Source of the DNA: an uncultured Verrucomicrobiae bacterium
GTDB taxonomy: Bacteria; Verrucomicrobiota; Verrucomicrobiia; Chthoniobacterales; UBA10450
Assembly: GCA_963772365.1 (NCBI GenBank)
Contig: CAVYXA010000006.1
Span: 32,001-96,000, forward strand
Reading direction: 5' to 3'
DNA: 64,000 bases
Positions 1 to 8,699 of the stretch are shown here, piece after piece (within the stretch, counting starts at the first letter, position 1; each line of letters starts with the position of its first letter). The notes under the pieces are model-generated. The model saw only the letters and a program-made list of their open reading frames with translations. It searched no databases and was not told where the DNA came from. A program made the translations under genes and the position numbers.

Positions 1-73
1 AAGCGGAGTCGAAGAATCCCGTGGCAATGCCTAGGGTCGTGCAACGGGAGGTCTCGACTTCGCTCGACATGAC
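1..73. repeat. Palindromic intergenic repeat (GTCAT..CGAGCGAAGTCGAG family), truncated by window edge
   Basis: The reverse complement of 52-73 (gtcatgtcgagcgaagtcgaga) matches gtcattccgagcgaagtcg at 63906-63924. aagaatcccgt near the window start matches aggaatcccgt at 63957. Confidence 0.7.
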
Positions 74-78
74 AGTAG

Positions 79-573
79 TTAGTTCAATTCCGCCAGCTTC
101 GCTTTGATTTTGTCGAAATTCGGCAACTGCGTCGGATCATCGCTGCTCTCGGCGTATTGGATCACGCCTTTTTTATCGACGATGAACGCGGAGCGTTTGG
201 CCACGCCACTCATGCCGAGATTTTTTTGCGGAAGAAATGCATCGTAGGCGACGCCGTAATCACGAGCGACTTTGTGTTCGTAATCGCTCAGCAGCGGCAC
301 GGTGATATTTTCTTTTTTTGCCCAGGCTTCTTGCGCAAACGGGTTATCGCCGCTGATCCCATACACCGCGGCGTTGAGACCGATGTAAGCGTCGAAGTTC
401 TGGCTGACGTCGCACATTTCGGTCGTGCAGACGCCGGTGAACGCCATCGGGAAAAAAAGCAGCACGGTATTTTTGCTGACGAAATTCTCGCTCAGCTTGA
501 TCTGCTTTGGGCCCTCCGGGGTTTTGGTAGGCAATGAGAAATCTGGCGCTTTGGTTCCAACTGCAAGTGGCAT
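79..573 (-). CDS. Peroxiredoxin (AhpC/TSA family, 1-Cys type)
   Basis: GxxAPDF start, FFPMAFTGVCTTE peroxidatic motif, R-SAFIVD. Confidence 0.9.
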   Translation of the reverse strand: MPLAVGTKAPDFSLPTKTPEGPKQIKLSENFVSKNTVLLFFPMAFTGVCTTEMCDVSQNFDAYIGLNAAVYGISGDNPFAQEAWAKKENITVPLLSDYEHKVARDYGVAYDAFLPQKNLGMSGVAKRSAFIVDKKGVIQYAESSDDPTQLPNFDKIKAKLAELN

Positions 574-656
574 GATTGATCCTCCGGGTTGAGTTTAACG
601 GGGGGAATTCACTATAGGATCGACAGCTTCTCGGTCAAAAGGTTTGCGTCGAATTT

Positions 657-730
657 AGCCCAGGTTAACACGGATTTTCACAGACAATTTTGAAGGAACA
701 TCTGTGTTTCATCTGTGTTCATCCGTGGCT
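657..730. repeat. Imperfect inverted repeat built from ~9-10 nt periodic units (acacggat/cacagac ... atctgtgttc/atccgtgg)
   Basis: Left-arm units are reverse complements of the three tandem atctgtgtt-type units; same architecture as 54106-54178. Confidence 0.65.
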
Positions 731-745
731 TACGATGCCTTTTCA

Positions 746-1234
746 ATGGAACTCTTCTGGTGGCTCGTCACGATCGTGTTTTTCGCCGTGGGCCTGATCG
801 GCACCGTGCTGCCATTTTTGCCCGGCACGACCATTATTCTAGCTGCCGCAATCGTGCATCGCATCATGATAGGTCCTACAAAGAGCGTAAGCTGGGCAGT
901 GATCGCTGTCCTGGTCCTGCTCACACTAGCGAGTTATGTGATCGATTTTCTCGCCGGCTATTTCGGAGCAAAATATTTTGGAGCCAGCGGTTGGGGAAAA
1001 TTTGGCGCCATCGCCGGCGCAATCATCGGAATCTTTTTCGGTTTGATTGGGTTGTTTGTCGGCCCGGTGATCGGCGCCATTGCCGGTGAATTCATTGCCG
1101 GTAAGAAAATGATCGACGCGGGACGCGCCGGCTGGGGCAGTTTACTGGGGAATCTCGCCGGCATGGTGAGCAAACTGCTCATCGGTCTTGCAATGATCGT
1201 AATTTTTTTCCTGACGGTACCGGCGCCCTTTTAG
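746..1234 (+). CDS. DUF456-type membrane protein
   Basis: GxxGxxLPFLPG start, GAKYFGASxWG and GPVIGAIAGE motifs, multiple TM segments; ATG at 746 chosen. Confidence 0.8.
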   Translation: MELFWWLVTIVFFAVGLIGTVLPFLPGTTIILAAAIVHRIMIGPTKSVSWAVIAVLVLLTLASYVIDFLAGYFGAKYFGASGWGKFGAIAGAIIGIFFGLIGLFVGPVIGAIAGEFIAGKKMIDAGRAGWGSLLGNLAGMVSKLLIGLAMIVIFFLTVPAPF

Positions 1235-1241
1235 TTCAGGT

Positions 1242-1889
1242 GTGACAGAGCAATCAAACAAAGAACACGAGTTGGAGCCTATTCGAGGCTTGATCGAGAG
1301 ACGGCAGATGTATCAAGCCGTGCTCGCGCGTGTGGCGTTGATTGGCGGGACATTGTCGATCCTAACCGCTGCCCTGATTTATCTAAACAACGAGGTCAAG
1401 CGATTCCTGGATCGCCCAATCCAGGCGCGTAATTTTGCTTTTGCCTGGATCGATGTGCTGCTGCTCACGGCGATTGCCGCAGTGTTCTTCCTGGTGCGCG
1501 GATCGCGCACCAATGGCGACGGAATGGCTGCGGCCCGGCAGCGGCTTACTTTGCGAACAATTGCACCGTTCTGCCTGATTCCGGCTACGTTCACAGCATG
1601 GTTTTTCGCTACCGGGTACCTCGGCGCAGCCGAGCTTGATCTGGTCACGATTTGGATTTGTTCGTACGGATTAATGCTGCTCTCGACGTCATTTTTTGCG
1701 CCGCGTTCAGTCGAACTTCTCGGCTGGGCATCACTTCTGAGCGGTCTGGCCATTCCGTTAATGGCAGACAAGATCGACAACTGGGCTGGCAGCGTTCCAA
1801 CAATCCTTATGGGAACTGTCTTCGGCATTTACCACCTCGTGTTTGCCGCGTTGAACTGGGCGCGGAAATCGGTGTCCGCGCAGCAGTAA
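1242..1889 (+). CDS. Hypothetical multi-pass membrane protein
   Basis: 215 aa ORF with about six hydrophobic segments and a C-terminal FGxxHLxF motif; closely follows the upstream gene. Confidence 0.7.
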   Translation: MTEQSNKEHELEPIRGLIERRQMYQAVLARVALIGGTLSILTAALIYLNNEVKRFLDRPIQARNFAFAWIDVLLLTAIAAVFFLVRGSRTNGDGMAAARQRLTLRTIAPFCLIPATFTAWFFATGYLGAAELDLVTIWICSYGLMLLSTSFFAPRSVELLGWASLLSGLAIPLMADKIDNWAGSVPTILMGTVFGIYHLVFAALNWARKSVSAQQ

Positions 1890-1903
1890 CGGCGAAATCG
1901 CTG

Positions 1904-2182
1904 ATGGATTGGTTTGCGAACTGCTCCAAAAAAGGAGTGCGCACATTCATTATTGTTCTGATCATTGCCGGGCTCGGTTATTTGTTTCTGGTTCAGAAAC
2001 AGCATCAAGCGTCACCGGAGGCCAAACCACCGGGGATCGAGTCGAACACGACGCCGGAACTGCTGACGCCGGCGCCCAGAGGTCAGGCGTCGAAATACAA
2101 CTTCATGAAACGCGCTCTTGACCGCGCTGCGGACGTTAGAGATCAGGCGCGCGCCCGGACCCAGGATGCACAGAATCCTTGA
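1904..2182 (+). CDS. Small hypothetical membrane-anchored protein
   Basis: Single N-terminal TM segment followed by a polar region; start uncertain (ATG 1904 or GTG 1937). Confidence 0.55.
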   Translation: MDWFANCSKKGVRTFIIVLIIAGLGYLFLVQKQHQASPEAKPPGIESNTTPELLTPAPRGQASKYNFMKRALDRAADVRDQARARTQDAQNP

Positions 2183-2228
2183 AGCCAGTCGGACTTTCGG
2201 ATTGTCGATCCTGTGATAGATTATTCGC

Positions 2229-2685
2229 CGATGGCAGATGATCGCCGGTGAATCGCAAGGTTCGCTGGAGGAAAGTCCGAACACCATACGGCAGCATGCC
2301 GCGTAGAATACGCGGGCGCCGCGGTTGAAAAATCGCGGCGACGGAAAGTGTCACAGAAAACAGACCGCCGGTTCTTTGAAACAGGAGACTGTAGGGGAAG
2401 CTGACAGCTTCCCTTCAAAAGCAGGCAAGGGTGAAAAGGCGAGGTAAGAGCTCACCGCTCGCGGAGTAATTCGCGAGGCACGAAAAACCCCCTGCGGTGC
2501 AAGACAAAACAGAGGAAGGACAGCCGGTCCGAGAAAGATCCTCGGGTATCGTCGCATCACGATGACTGTAGCGGCGGTCTATGACCGTCGACGGTGGTTA
2601 TCGGGCGGCTCGCAAAAGCGAGTTGAGATAAATGATCATCCTCCCGAAGAAATTCGGGACGACAGAATTCGGCTTATCGCCATCG
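2229..2685 (+). ncRNA. rnpB: RNase P RNA (bacterial type A)
   Basis: Conserved GAGGAAAGTCCG (about 2267-2279), ACAGAAA..AGACCGCC, GGGTGAAAAGG..GGTAAGAGC, AGATAAATGATC and ACAGAATTCGGCTTAT; P1 pairing cgatggc/gccatcg. Confidence 0.97.
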
Positions 2686-2693
2686 ATAATATG

Positions 2694-2732
2694 AAGGGCG
2701 CTTTCGGAAACGAAGGCGCCCTTCGCTTTTTT
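2694..2732 (+). terminator. Intrinsic terminator after rnpB
   Basis: gaagggcgc ... gcgcccttc stem followed by a T run. Confidence 0.8.
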
Positions 2733-2746
2733 GGTGTGGGAATGTC

Positions 2747-3052
2747 ATGAGTATTGCTCTGATAGCTGCTCTGCGGTATTTTACGCGTGTCATGCCTGCG
2801 ACATTGGATGCTCCGAAGATTGCGGATCGATTGGAAAAGGCGCTTCGCGTGCAATCGGAGATCGATAAGCTACGCCGTAAGCTAGCGACACCGTTTGCAG
2901 GTGTGCCCAAAAATCTGCTCACTCGCAATCGCTATGGCCTGAACGCAGCCGAAATGGGCCAGATCGCGCGAAATCTACATGCCAGAGCGAAAGAAAAGAT
3001 CGCGTCCCGACGGAGTAAAGAGTTCCGCGGGTCGATCGAAGAAATCTTATAG
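2747..3052 (+). CDS. Putative antitoxin (start uncertain, possibly MPATL)
   Basis: Small helical ORF whose stop overlaps the start region of a RelE-like frame; inferred from context. Confidence 0.5.
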   Translation: MSIALIAALRYFTRVMPATLDAPKIADRLEKALRVQSEIDKLRRKLATPFAGVPKNLLTRNRYGLNAAEMGQIARNLHARAKEKIASRRSKEFRGSIEEIL

Positions 3053-3343
3053 CGTTCGGCTCGACGAGGATCTTTTGGCGGAACTCCGTCAGTGGCCAAA
3101 AACGGACCGTAAGCGCGTTGGAGAGATCATTCGGCGTGTGGAAGAAAATTCGGTCGACCTCATCTGCACTCGGGAGTGGGTATTCGCGACCTTTCACCCG
3201 GCCGCAAGCAGCTTCACGTCTACGAATGTCGCGTTAGCCGGCCATTGCGGCTGATATTCACACTGGAGCCGCAGTCACTTCTTTATTTTCATATGATCGG
3301 GACGCACGACGAAGTGCAGAAATTCCTAAGATCATTTCGCTAG
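3036..3343 (+). pseudogene. RelE/ParE-superfamily toxin-like gene, frameshifted and without a clear start codon
   Basis: Adding one T at 3149-3150 joins KKSYSVRLDEDLLAELRQWPKTDRKRVGEIIRRVEEN to FGRPHLHSGVGIRDL...YECRVSRPLRLIF...IGTHDEVQKFLRSFR*, a RelE-like pattern. Confidence 0.65.
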
Positions 3344-3550
3344 CCGACTTAACACATTCTCAAACGGAATCGTTTTTTCGTGGCGGCGACCGGCGATCAC
3401 GCCCAAATCGTGCAGGTCTTCCAGCAGCTCTTCGTATTCTTCGATTGGAAGAATAACCGCTTTTTTTTTGCCATTTTTCACGACGTATTCCGCCGCCGAT
3501 TCGCGCTCTCTCATCTCAAGCACGTTAGCGCCGGGCTTTCGCCGCGCCAA
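3332..3550 (-). CDS. Small antitoxin-like protein (Phd/RelB-like), start uncertain
   Basis: YVVKNGKKKAVILPIEEYEELLEDLHDL pattern typical of RelE-partner antitoxins. Confidence 0.65.
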   Translation of the reverse strand: MARRKPGANVLEMRERESAAEYVVKNGKKKAVILPIEEYEELLEDLHDLGVIAGRRHEKTIPFENVLSRLAK

Positions 3551-3563
3551 CTCTCCACTCGTT

Positions 3564-3635
3564 CACGGAATTCGGGTTATCGCCATCTAAATATGAAGGT
3601 ATCAAGGACGCTTTCGGAAAGGCGCCCTTCGCTTT
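3564..3635 (+). repeat. Degenerate direct repeat of the rnpB 3' end plus terminator
   Basis: gaattcgggttatcgccatctaaatatgaagg...cgctttcggaaaggcgcccttcgcttt versus gaattcggcttatcgccatcgataatatgaagggcgctttcggaaacgaaggcgcccttcgcttt (2665-2729). Confidence 0.85.
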
Positions 3636-4137
3636 ATCTTAAGACTTCGTGATCAATGACCTCGAATTTGTAATTAGACGTTTGTTTGTTCGGAAAGATT
3701 ACAAGATTTAGACCATTGCATCTAGCCGACGGGACCAGCATGCCGTCATGACCAAGCCACTCGACCGCGCCCCCAATTCGTTGGCAACTGGCATGGTCCA
3801 TTGAAACGAATGTGTTTTTGTCGATAGAAAATTGCTGAAGGACGCTCCACGCAGACAGATCAAGAACACAGCTCAAAGAAACTGCAATCCTGTAGATTTT
3901 TCGTTCGGACGAGGGCCGCAATGGTTGCAAACTTATCTGATAGTCCGCTTCTGCAATCGCAACGATGCGTTCAAGGCTTGTGTAGATCGCAGAAACGCCT
4001 TCGGGGTTCCACCGCGCTCCATTGACGTTTTCCTTTTCAGGCGATGTTCGGCCAAAGCGATGACGATAGACCGTGCCTTCCCAATTTATCGGGTCGAAGG
4101 ACTCTAACAGCCTGACGGTTTCTCGATCGACAACCAC
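3634..4137 (-). CDS. RES-domain toxin (MbcT/ParT-like)
   Basis: VYR, GARWNP, AIYTS, AIAE and GMLVPSAR...NLVIF motifs. Confidence 0.9.
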   Translation of the reverse strand: MVVDRETVRLLESFDPINWEGTVYRHRFGRTSPEKENVNGARWNPEGVSAIYTSLERIVAIAEADYQISLQPLRPSSERKIYRIAVSLSCVLDLSAWSVLQQFSIDKNTFVSMDHASCQRIGGAVEWLGHDGMLVPSARCNGLNLVIFPNKQTSNYKFEVIDHEVLR

Positions 4138-4139
4138 AC

Positions 4140-4475
4140 TTACACGTAGGCCCCATCTTTCAATTGAGCGATAATTCGGAGAACAGCACTAATGTCGCCG
4201 CGCTGAATAGCGTCTACTGGTCTCGCGCCATTAAGCATTTTGTGCGGCGAGAAAAGCCAGAGGTGCGCCTCCTGTGGTTTATACAATTCTGCCAATTCAC
4301 CGATGAGCCACCCAAGACTTAGAAGGCTGTCGCGAAGTCTCGGCTGAGGTTCGGCTTTGCCGACACGCCAACGCGAAATTGTTTCGGGAGTCGTGTTAAG
4401 CAACTGCGCCACTTCACGCGCACTCATGCCAGAAGAGGTTTCAATGTGTTCTATTTTCTTAGCGAGAGCGTTCAT
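4140..4475 (-). CDS. Xre/MbcA-type antitoxin (HTH plus DUF2384-like C-terminus)
   Basis: HTH (REVAQLLNTTPETISRW); C-terminal WLFSPHKMLNGARPVD; 2 nt upstream of the RES gene. Confidence 0.9.
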   Translation of the reverse strand: MNALAKKIEHIETSSGMSAREVAQLLNTTPETISRWRVGKAEPQPRLRDSLLSLGWLIGELAELYKPQEAHLWLFSPHKMLNGARPVDAIQRGDISAVLRIIAQLKDGAYV

Positions 4476-4484
4476 ACATTCATC

Positions 4485-5323
4485 CTATGCGGTTGCGCGA
4501 ACCCTGACGATTCGCCTCTCTAAGGGCTGGGAAACGCTTGGTTGTTCATTACGACTCATCTCGCCAAGAGTTGCGCGCCAGCCATCAAGTCTGCGTCTAT
4601 TTCTTTCCAACTTTGTTTTGATTATTTCGGACAAACCGGAATGGACAGTCGCACGTCCCATATTGTCCGTAGCGGGTCGAAGAATTTGGTCAAGATAGCC
4701 AGATGAATTCGTAACCACAAGCCTTGAATTGGAAGTCCAGCTAAAGATGCCTTCAAACTGTTCTTTGGGGGATCTCTCGGAAAATCTGTGTCGAAGTAGC
4801 TAAAGGGTAAAAAATCACAGTTTCGGCACCGCCATTTGAGTCAAGATGACGACGCAAACTCAGCGTCAATCGTCGATCGATCTCAAGCCAGGGATCTTTG
4901 AAGCCGGTTTCTAAGAAATGGGTCGGAGCTAAAACCGCATTGACTCGATTCTCGGCGACGAAAGTCGCAATTTTTTCGGTGATCGCTTCAATATTCTTAG
5001 AAGTGAAATCTTGGACAACGTTGGGTCGCGCACCCGCCCAAACCAGATTTGAACGCTTGAATGTCGACCATCGTGGAGTTGCCAGTTCCAGCATCATTGG
5101 ATCTAAAACGGATGTACAAATTACGATTCCAGAGTTCGGACCGAAGGCCTTCTTGAAAGCCGAAGTGCGTCGGCTCAAAAACTGCGCCGACCGCGCCGGA
5201 ATGACCTTCCGACAACAATTGGTCTAAAACCTTGTGATCGCTCCGACCAGGTCGGAAAAACAAACCGAACTGCTCACCGGCGTCCTCAAGTAATTGCAAA
5301 GGAGGGTAGATTGATGGTGGCAT
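4485..5323 (-). pseudogene. Fragmented hypothetical gene upstream of the Xre-RES pair
   Basis: Protein-like segments in successive frames (4997-5323, 4753-5178, a short LPIQGLWLRIH frame, 4485-4718) suggest one gene with frameshifts and probably an internal deletion. Confidence 0.55.
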
Positions 5324-5358
5324 AGAAGTTATCGTTGATGTTTATGCCGACATTATCA

Positions 5359-5377
5359 TTGACAAATACATTGTCAA
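5359..5377. promoter_or_regulatory. Palindrome TTGACAA-N5-TTGTCAA, candidate operator/promoter of the Xre-RES operon
   Basis: Perfect 7-bp inverted repeat containing TTGACA on both strands, about 35 nt upstream of the first ORF. Confidence 0.5.
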
Positions 5378-5394
5378 ATCTTTTCCCACTGGGA

Positions 5395-6465
5395 TTAAAT
5401 AGAGTCATCGAGCCAGGCGAGCAAATGCGCAACCGTTTCTTCGGTTTCGTCGCCCATATTGGAGAGGCGGAAGGTTTTGCCGCGGATGGGGCCGTAGCCG
5501 GGATCGATGACGAGATGATGTTTTTCGCGGAGGCGCTGGACCATCGACAAGATGTCGATGCCACGATTGTTTTTGACGCAGGTGAGCGTTTTTGAGCGAA
5601 AACCTTCCTCGGCAAAAAAATCGAAGCCGCTACGCTTCACCCAATCATGGACGAGCCTGTTTGTCCCGGCGTGTCGCGCGTAGCGCGCGTCCAGTCCTTC
5701 CTCGAAGATTTCCTCGAGTTTCGATTGCAAGGCGAATATATGACCAATGCTCGGCGTGGTTGGCGTCATCCATCCGGCCTGTTGTTTTTTGAATTCAAGA
5801 AAATCGAAGTAATAACCGCGATCTTTTTGTTTGCCGGCGCGCGCGAATGCTTTCTCGGAAACACTAAACAGCGAAAAACCGGGCGGCAGCGCGAGCGCTT
5901 TTTGCGAGCCGGTGAGCATCACGTCGATGCCAAGCGCGTCCATCTCGATCTTCATTGCCGAAAAGGACGAGACGGTGTCGAGGATCAATGCGACGTCGGG
6001 ATATTTGGCGAGCGTGCAGCAAATTTCGGGTAACGGATTCATAACTCCGGTCGAAGTCTCGCTGTGGATCAATGTGACGGCGTCGAACTTTCCAGTGGCC
6101 AATTTTGCATCGACATCTTTGTGATCGATGTGTTTGCCCCATTCGACTTGAAGCGGCTCGGTGTTCTTGCCGCAACGTTTCGCGACATCGAACCATTTAT
6201 CGGAGAATGCGCCGCACATGCAGCAGAGCACGCCACGATCGACCAGATTGCGGATCGACGCTTCCATCACGCCCCAGGCCGATGAAGTGGAAAGAAAGAC
6301 CGGCTGTTTCGTTCCGAAGAGCATTTGCAGTTTCGGATGGATGTCGCGATAGAGATTTTTGAATGGCTCGCCGCGATGACCAATCATCGGGCGCGAGAAT
6401 GCCGCCATTGTCTTTTGTGAAACTTCGACCGGACCTGGAATGAAGAGCTTGTCGTGCGGGAGCAT
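5395..6465 (-). CDS. Class V PLP aminotransferase (alanine-glyoxylate/serine-pyruvate type)
   Basis: LFIPGPV, IGHR, HSETSTG, DTVSS and GSQKALALPPG (PLP lysine). Confidence 0.92.
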   Translation of the reverse strand: MLPHDKLFIPGPVEVSQKTMAAFSRPMIGHRGEPFKNLYRDIHPKLQMLFGTKQPVFLSTSSAWGVMEASIRNLVDRGVLCCMCGAFSDKWFDVAKRCGKNTEPLQVEWGKHIDHKDVDAKLATGKFDAVTLIHSETSTGVMNPLPEICCTLAKYPDVALILDTVSSFSAMKIEMDALGIDVMLTGSQKALALPPGFSLFSVSEKAFARAGKQKDRGYYFDFLEFKKQQAGWMTPTTPSIGHIFALQSKLEEIFEEGLDARYARHAGTNRLVHDWVKRSGFDFFAEEGFRSKTLTCVKNNRGIDILSMVQRLREKHHLVIDPGYGPIRGKTFRLSNMGDETEETVAHLLAWLDDSI

Positions 6466-6474
6466 GAACAAAAT

Positions 6475-6509
6475 CATCGAGCATCGAACATCGAACGTCC
6501 AACGCCGAA
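6475..6509. repeat. Degenerate 7-mer tandem repeat
   Basis: catcgag-catcgaa-catcgaa-cgtccaa-cgccgaa. Confidence 0.7.
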
Positions 6510-6553
6510 CCGGACAAGTTGCCTTGGCTGATTGCGCGATGTAGGCGTTATCC

Positions 6554-7573
6554 GTGAAATCGTTCTTACTTTTTTGCGCGATCGTTTGCGTCGGGCAAGT
6601 CGTCGCGGAAGAGAAGGGCCCTAATTATTTGGTGTTCGTCAGCAATGAACACTCCGGCGATTTAAGCGTGATTGATGGATCAACAGATGCCGTCATTGCA
6701 GCATTTCCAGTCGGCAAACGGCCGCGCGGGATTCACGCGACACCCGACGGAAAACGCGTGTTTGTTACGTTGAGCGGATCGCCTCGAATGGCGCCCGGCG
6801 TGGATACCGAACGCGCACCGGCCGACAAAACCGCGGACGGACTGGGCGTGATCGATCCGGTCGCGCGCAAGTTAATCGATCGCTGGCACGTCGGATCCGA
6901 TCCGGAGCAATTCGCGATCAGCAGAGATGGAAAGTTTGCATTCATCGCAAACGAAGACGACGCGACCGCGTCGATTGTCGATCTTAGCTCGGGTCAGTCG
7001 CGCGGGAGGGTGAAAGTCTCGGAGGAACCGGAAGGCGTCGGTGTGAATCCGCAGAATGGCGAGGTCTACGTCACGTGCGAGGCGAAAGGCGAAGTCTTCG
7101 CGATTGTCCCGGACGAACAGCGAGTGATTGCAAAGATCGACACCGGGGGGCGGCCGAGATCAGTCGCGTTTTTACCGGATGGTTCGCGAGCCTACGCGGC
7201 GTGCGAGAATGGAGGCTACGTCGCGGTCATTGATGCGGGGACCCACAAGGTGATTTCGAAAATCCAATTGCCACAAGGTTCGCTCCCGATGGGCACGGCG
7301 ATCTCTTCCGATGGAAAGCACCTTTGTGTCTCAACAGGTCGCGGCAACACGGTCGCGATCATCGACACAGCAACGAATTCCGTTTCCTCGATAATTCCAG
7401 TCGGCAAACGGGTTTGGGGCATCGCGCTGAGCCCTGATGGTTCGAAACTCTACACCGCCAATGGCGCATCGGACGATGTTTCCGTTGTCGATCTAAAACT
7501 GCGCAAGGAGTTGCAACGTATCAAAGTCGGCGGAGGGCCGTGGGGCATCGCGGTTGTGACCCCTCAACAGTGA
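6554..7573 (+). CDS. Secreted YVTN-type beta-propeller protein
   Basis: Signal peptide; repeated VGxxPxGIAxSPDGxxxYVxN units. Confidence 0.9.
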   Translation: MKSFLLFCAIVCVGQVVAEEKGPNYLVFVSNEHSGDLSVIDGSTDAVIAAFPVGKRPRGIHATPDGKRVFVTLSGSPRMAPGVDTERAPADKTADGLGVIDPVARKLIDRWHVGSDPEQFAISRDGKFAFIANEDDATASIVDLSSGQSRGRVKVSEEPEGVGVNPQNGEVYVTCEAKGEVFAIVPDEQRVIAKIDTGGRPRSVAFLPDGSRAYAACENGGYVAVIDAGTHKVISKIQLPQGSLPMGTAISSDGKHLCVSTGRGNTVAIIDTATNSVSSIIPVGKRVWGIALSPDGSKLYTANGASDDVSVVDLKLRKELQRIKVGGGPWGIAVVTPQQ

Positions 7574-7598
7574 TCCGGCTTGAGATTGCAATGCCGGT

Positions 7599-8111
7599 TC
7601 ACGCATCAGCTTTGATGAAGCTGATATCGCCACTGCGTTCAACGCGGGCCACTGCAATCTTGGAGAGGTCCTCAGTTTTGGCGCTCAAGCGCATGTCTTC
7701 TTCCAGATCGTGTTTGGAGATGTGATGCCGTCTCATGGCATTCCAATTGATCTCGCCGTTTCTGACGAGTACGTGCGGCTCGCCTTTGATTAGAATTCCA
7801 AAGGCGTGAGACCGGCAGGCCACGGAAGCAAAAAGCCGATGAAGAAATACCAATACAAATCCGCCACCGATCGTTGGAAAGAAAGGTGCGCTGCCATTGA
7901 TGGCTCGGGCCAGAACCGAAGAAAGGACGACAATCAGAACGGCGTCGAAAATCGTCTTCTGCGCGAGTGACCGTTTGCTTCCCAACCGAATCATGAGCAG
8001 AGCTGCATTCAAAACGATGATGCCGCGCAGCGAAATTTGAAGGAAGGTCAGCTTGTGCGGCTCCACTCCGATGCCGATTAGCGTTTCAGTAAAAGTCCAG
8101 AATGAGTTCAT
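7599..8111 (-). CDS. DUF421/YetF-family membrane protein
   Basis: RLGSKRSLAQ.TIFD, KGEPxVLVRNG and ERSGDISFI motifs. Confidence 0.88.
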   Translation of the reverse strand: MNSFWTFTETLIGIGVEPHKLTFLQISLRGIIVLNAALLMIRLGSKRSLAQKTIFDAVLIVVLSSVLARAINGSAPFFPTIGGGFVLVFLHRLFASVACRSHAFGILIKGEPHVLVRNGEINWNAMRRHHISKHDLEEDMRLSAKTEDLSKIAVARVERSGDISFIKADA

Positions 8112-8238
8112 GGTTGCAATTCTATTGAGCGGATAACGTATGGCGAGGTGATTGAATTGGCGCTCCCCGCAACCAGCAATTGGTAAATCCAATCCACCGG
8201 CGGCATGCGTTTCAGTTACTGAGAGGATTGGAGATTTT

Positions 8239-8475
8239 ATGGCCCGCGGAAGTAAGAAGAAATACAGTTCCAAACAAAAACGGCGAGCTCACAAGATCGA
8301 GAAGGGTTACAAAAAACGCGGCGTCAGCAGCAAGGAAGCGGAGCGTCGCGCTTGGGCCACCGTAAACAAATCGAGCGGCGGTGGGAAGAAGAGCGGTAGC
8401 GGCCGCGGCAAGAAACGGAGCAAAAAGAGTTCACGCAAAGATGGCCGCAAAGGTGGGAAAAAGAAGAAACGTTAG
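8239..8475 (+). CDS. Small Lys/Arg-rich protein (AERRAWATVNK family)
   Basis: GGAG RBS; KYSSKQKRRAHKIE.GY...EAERRAWATVNK..GG motif. Confidence 0.8.
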   Translation: MARGSKKKYSSKQKRRAHKIEKGYKKRGVSSKEAERRAWATVNKSSGGGKKSGSGRGKKRSKKSSRKDGRKGGKKKKR

Positions 8476-8699
8476 GCGAACGTTGTCGATCCAGAATAAC
8501 GGCAGGTTCAACTAAGTTTGGGAAAGGGGCCGCAAAGGGGAGCGCGCCCCGCTTTTTTTTGCGAGAAATTGCGTGTCCGCTACCAGATTGGGGTCGGCGT
8601 TGCAACTCGGGTCGAAACTTGCGCGCAAAAGCTCCTCGTGGCATAAGAGCAAACTCGCCCGACGAAGATTGATCGGGCTCAACACCGACAAACCGAATC

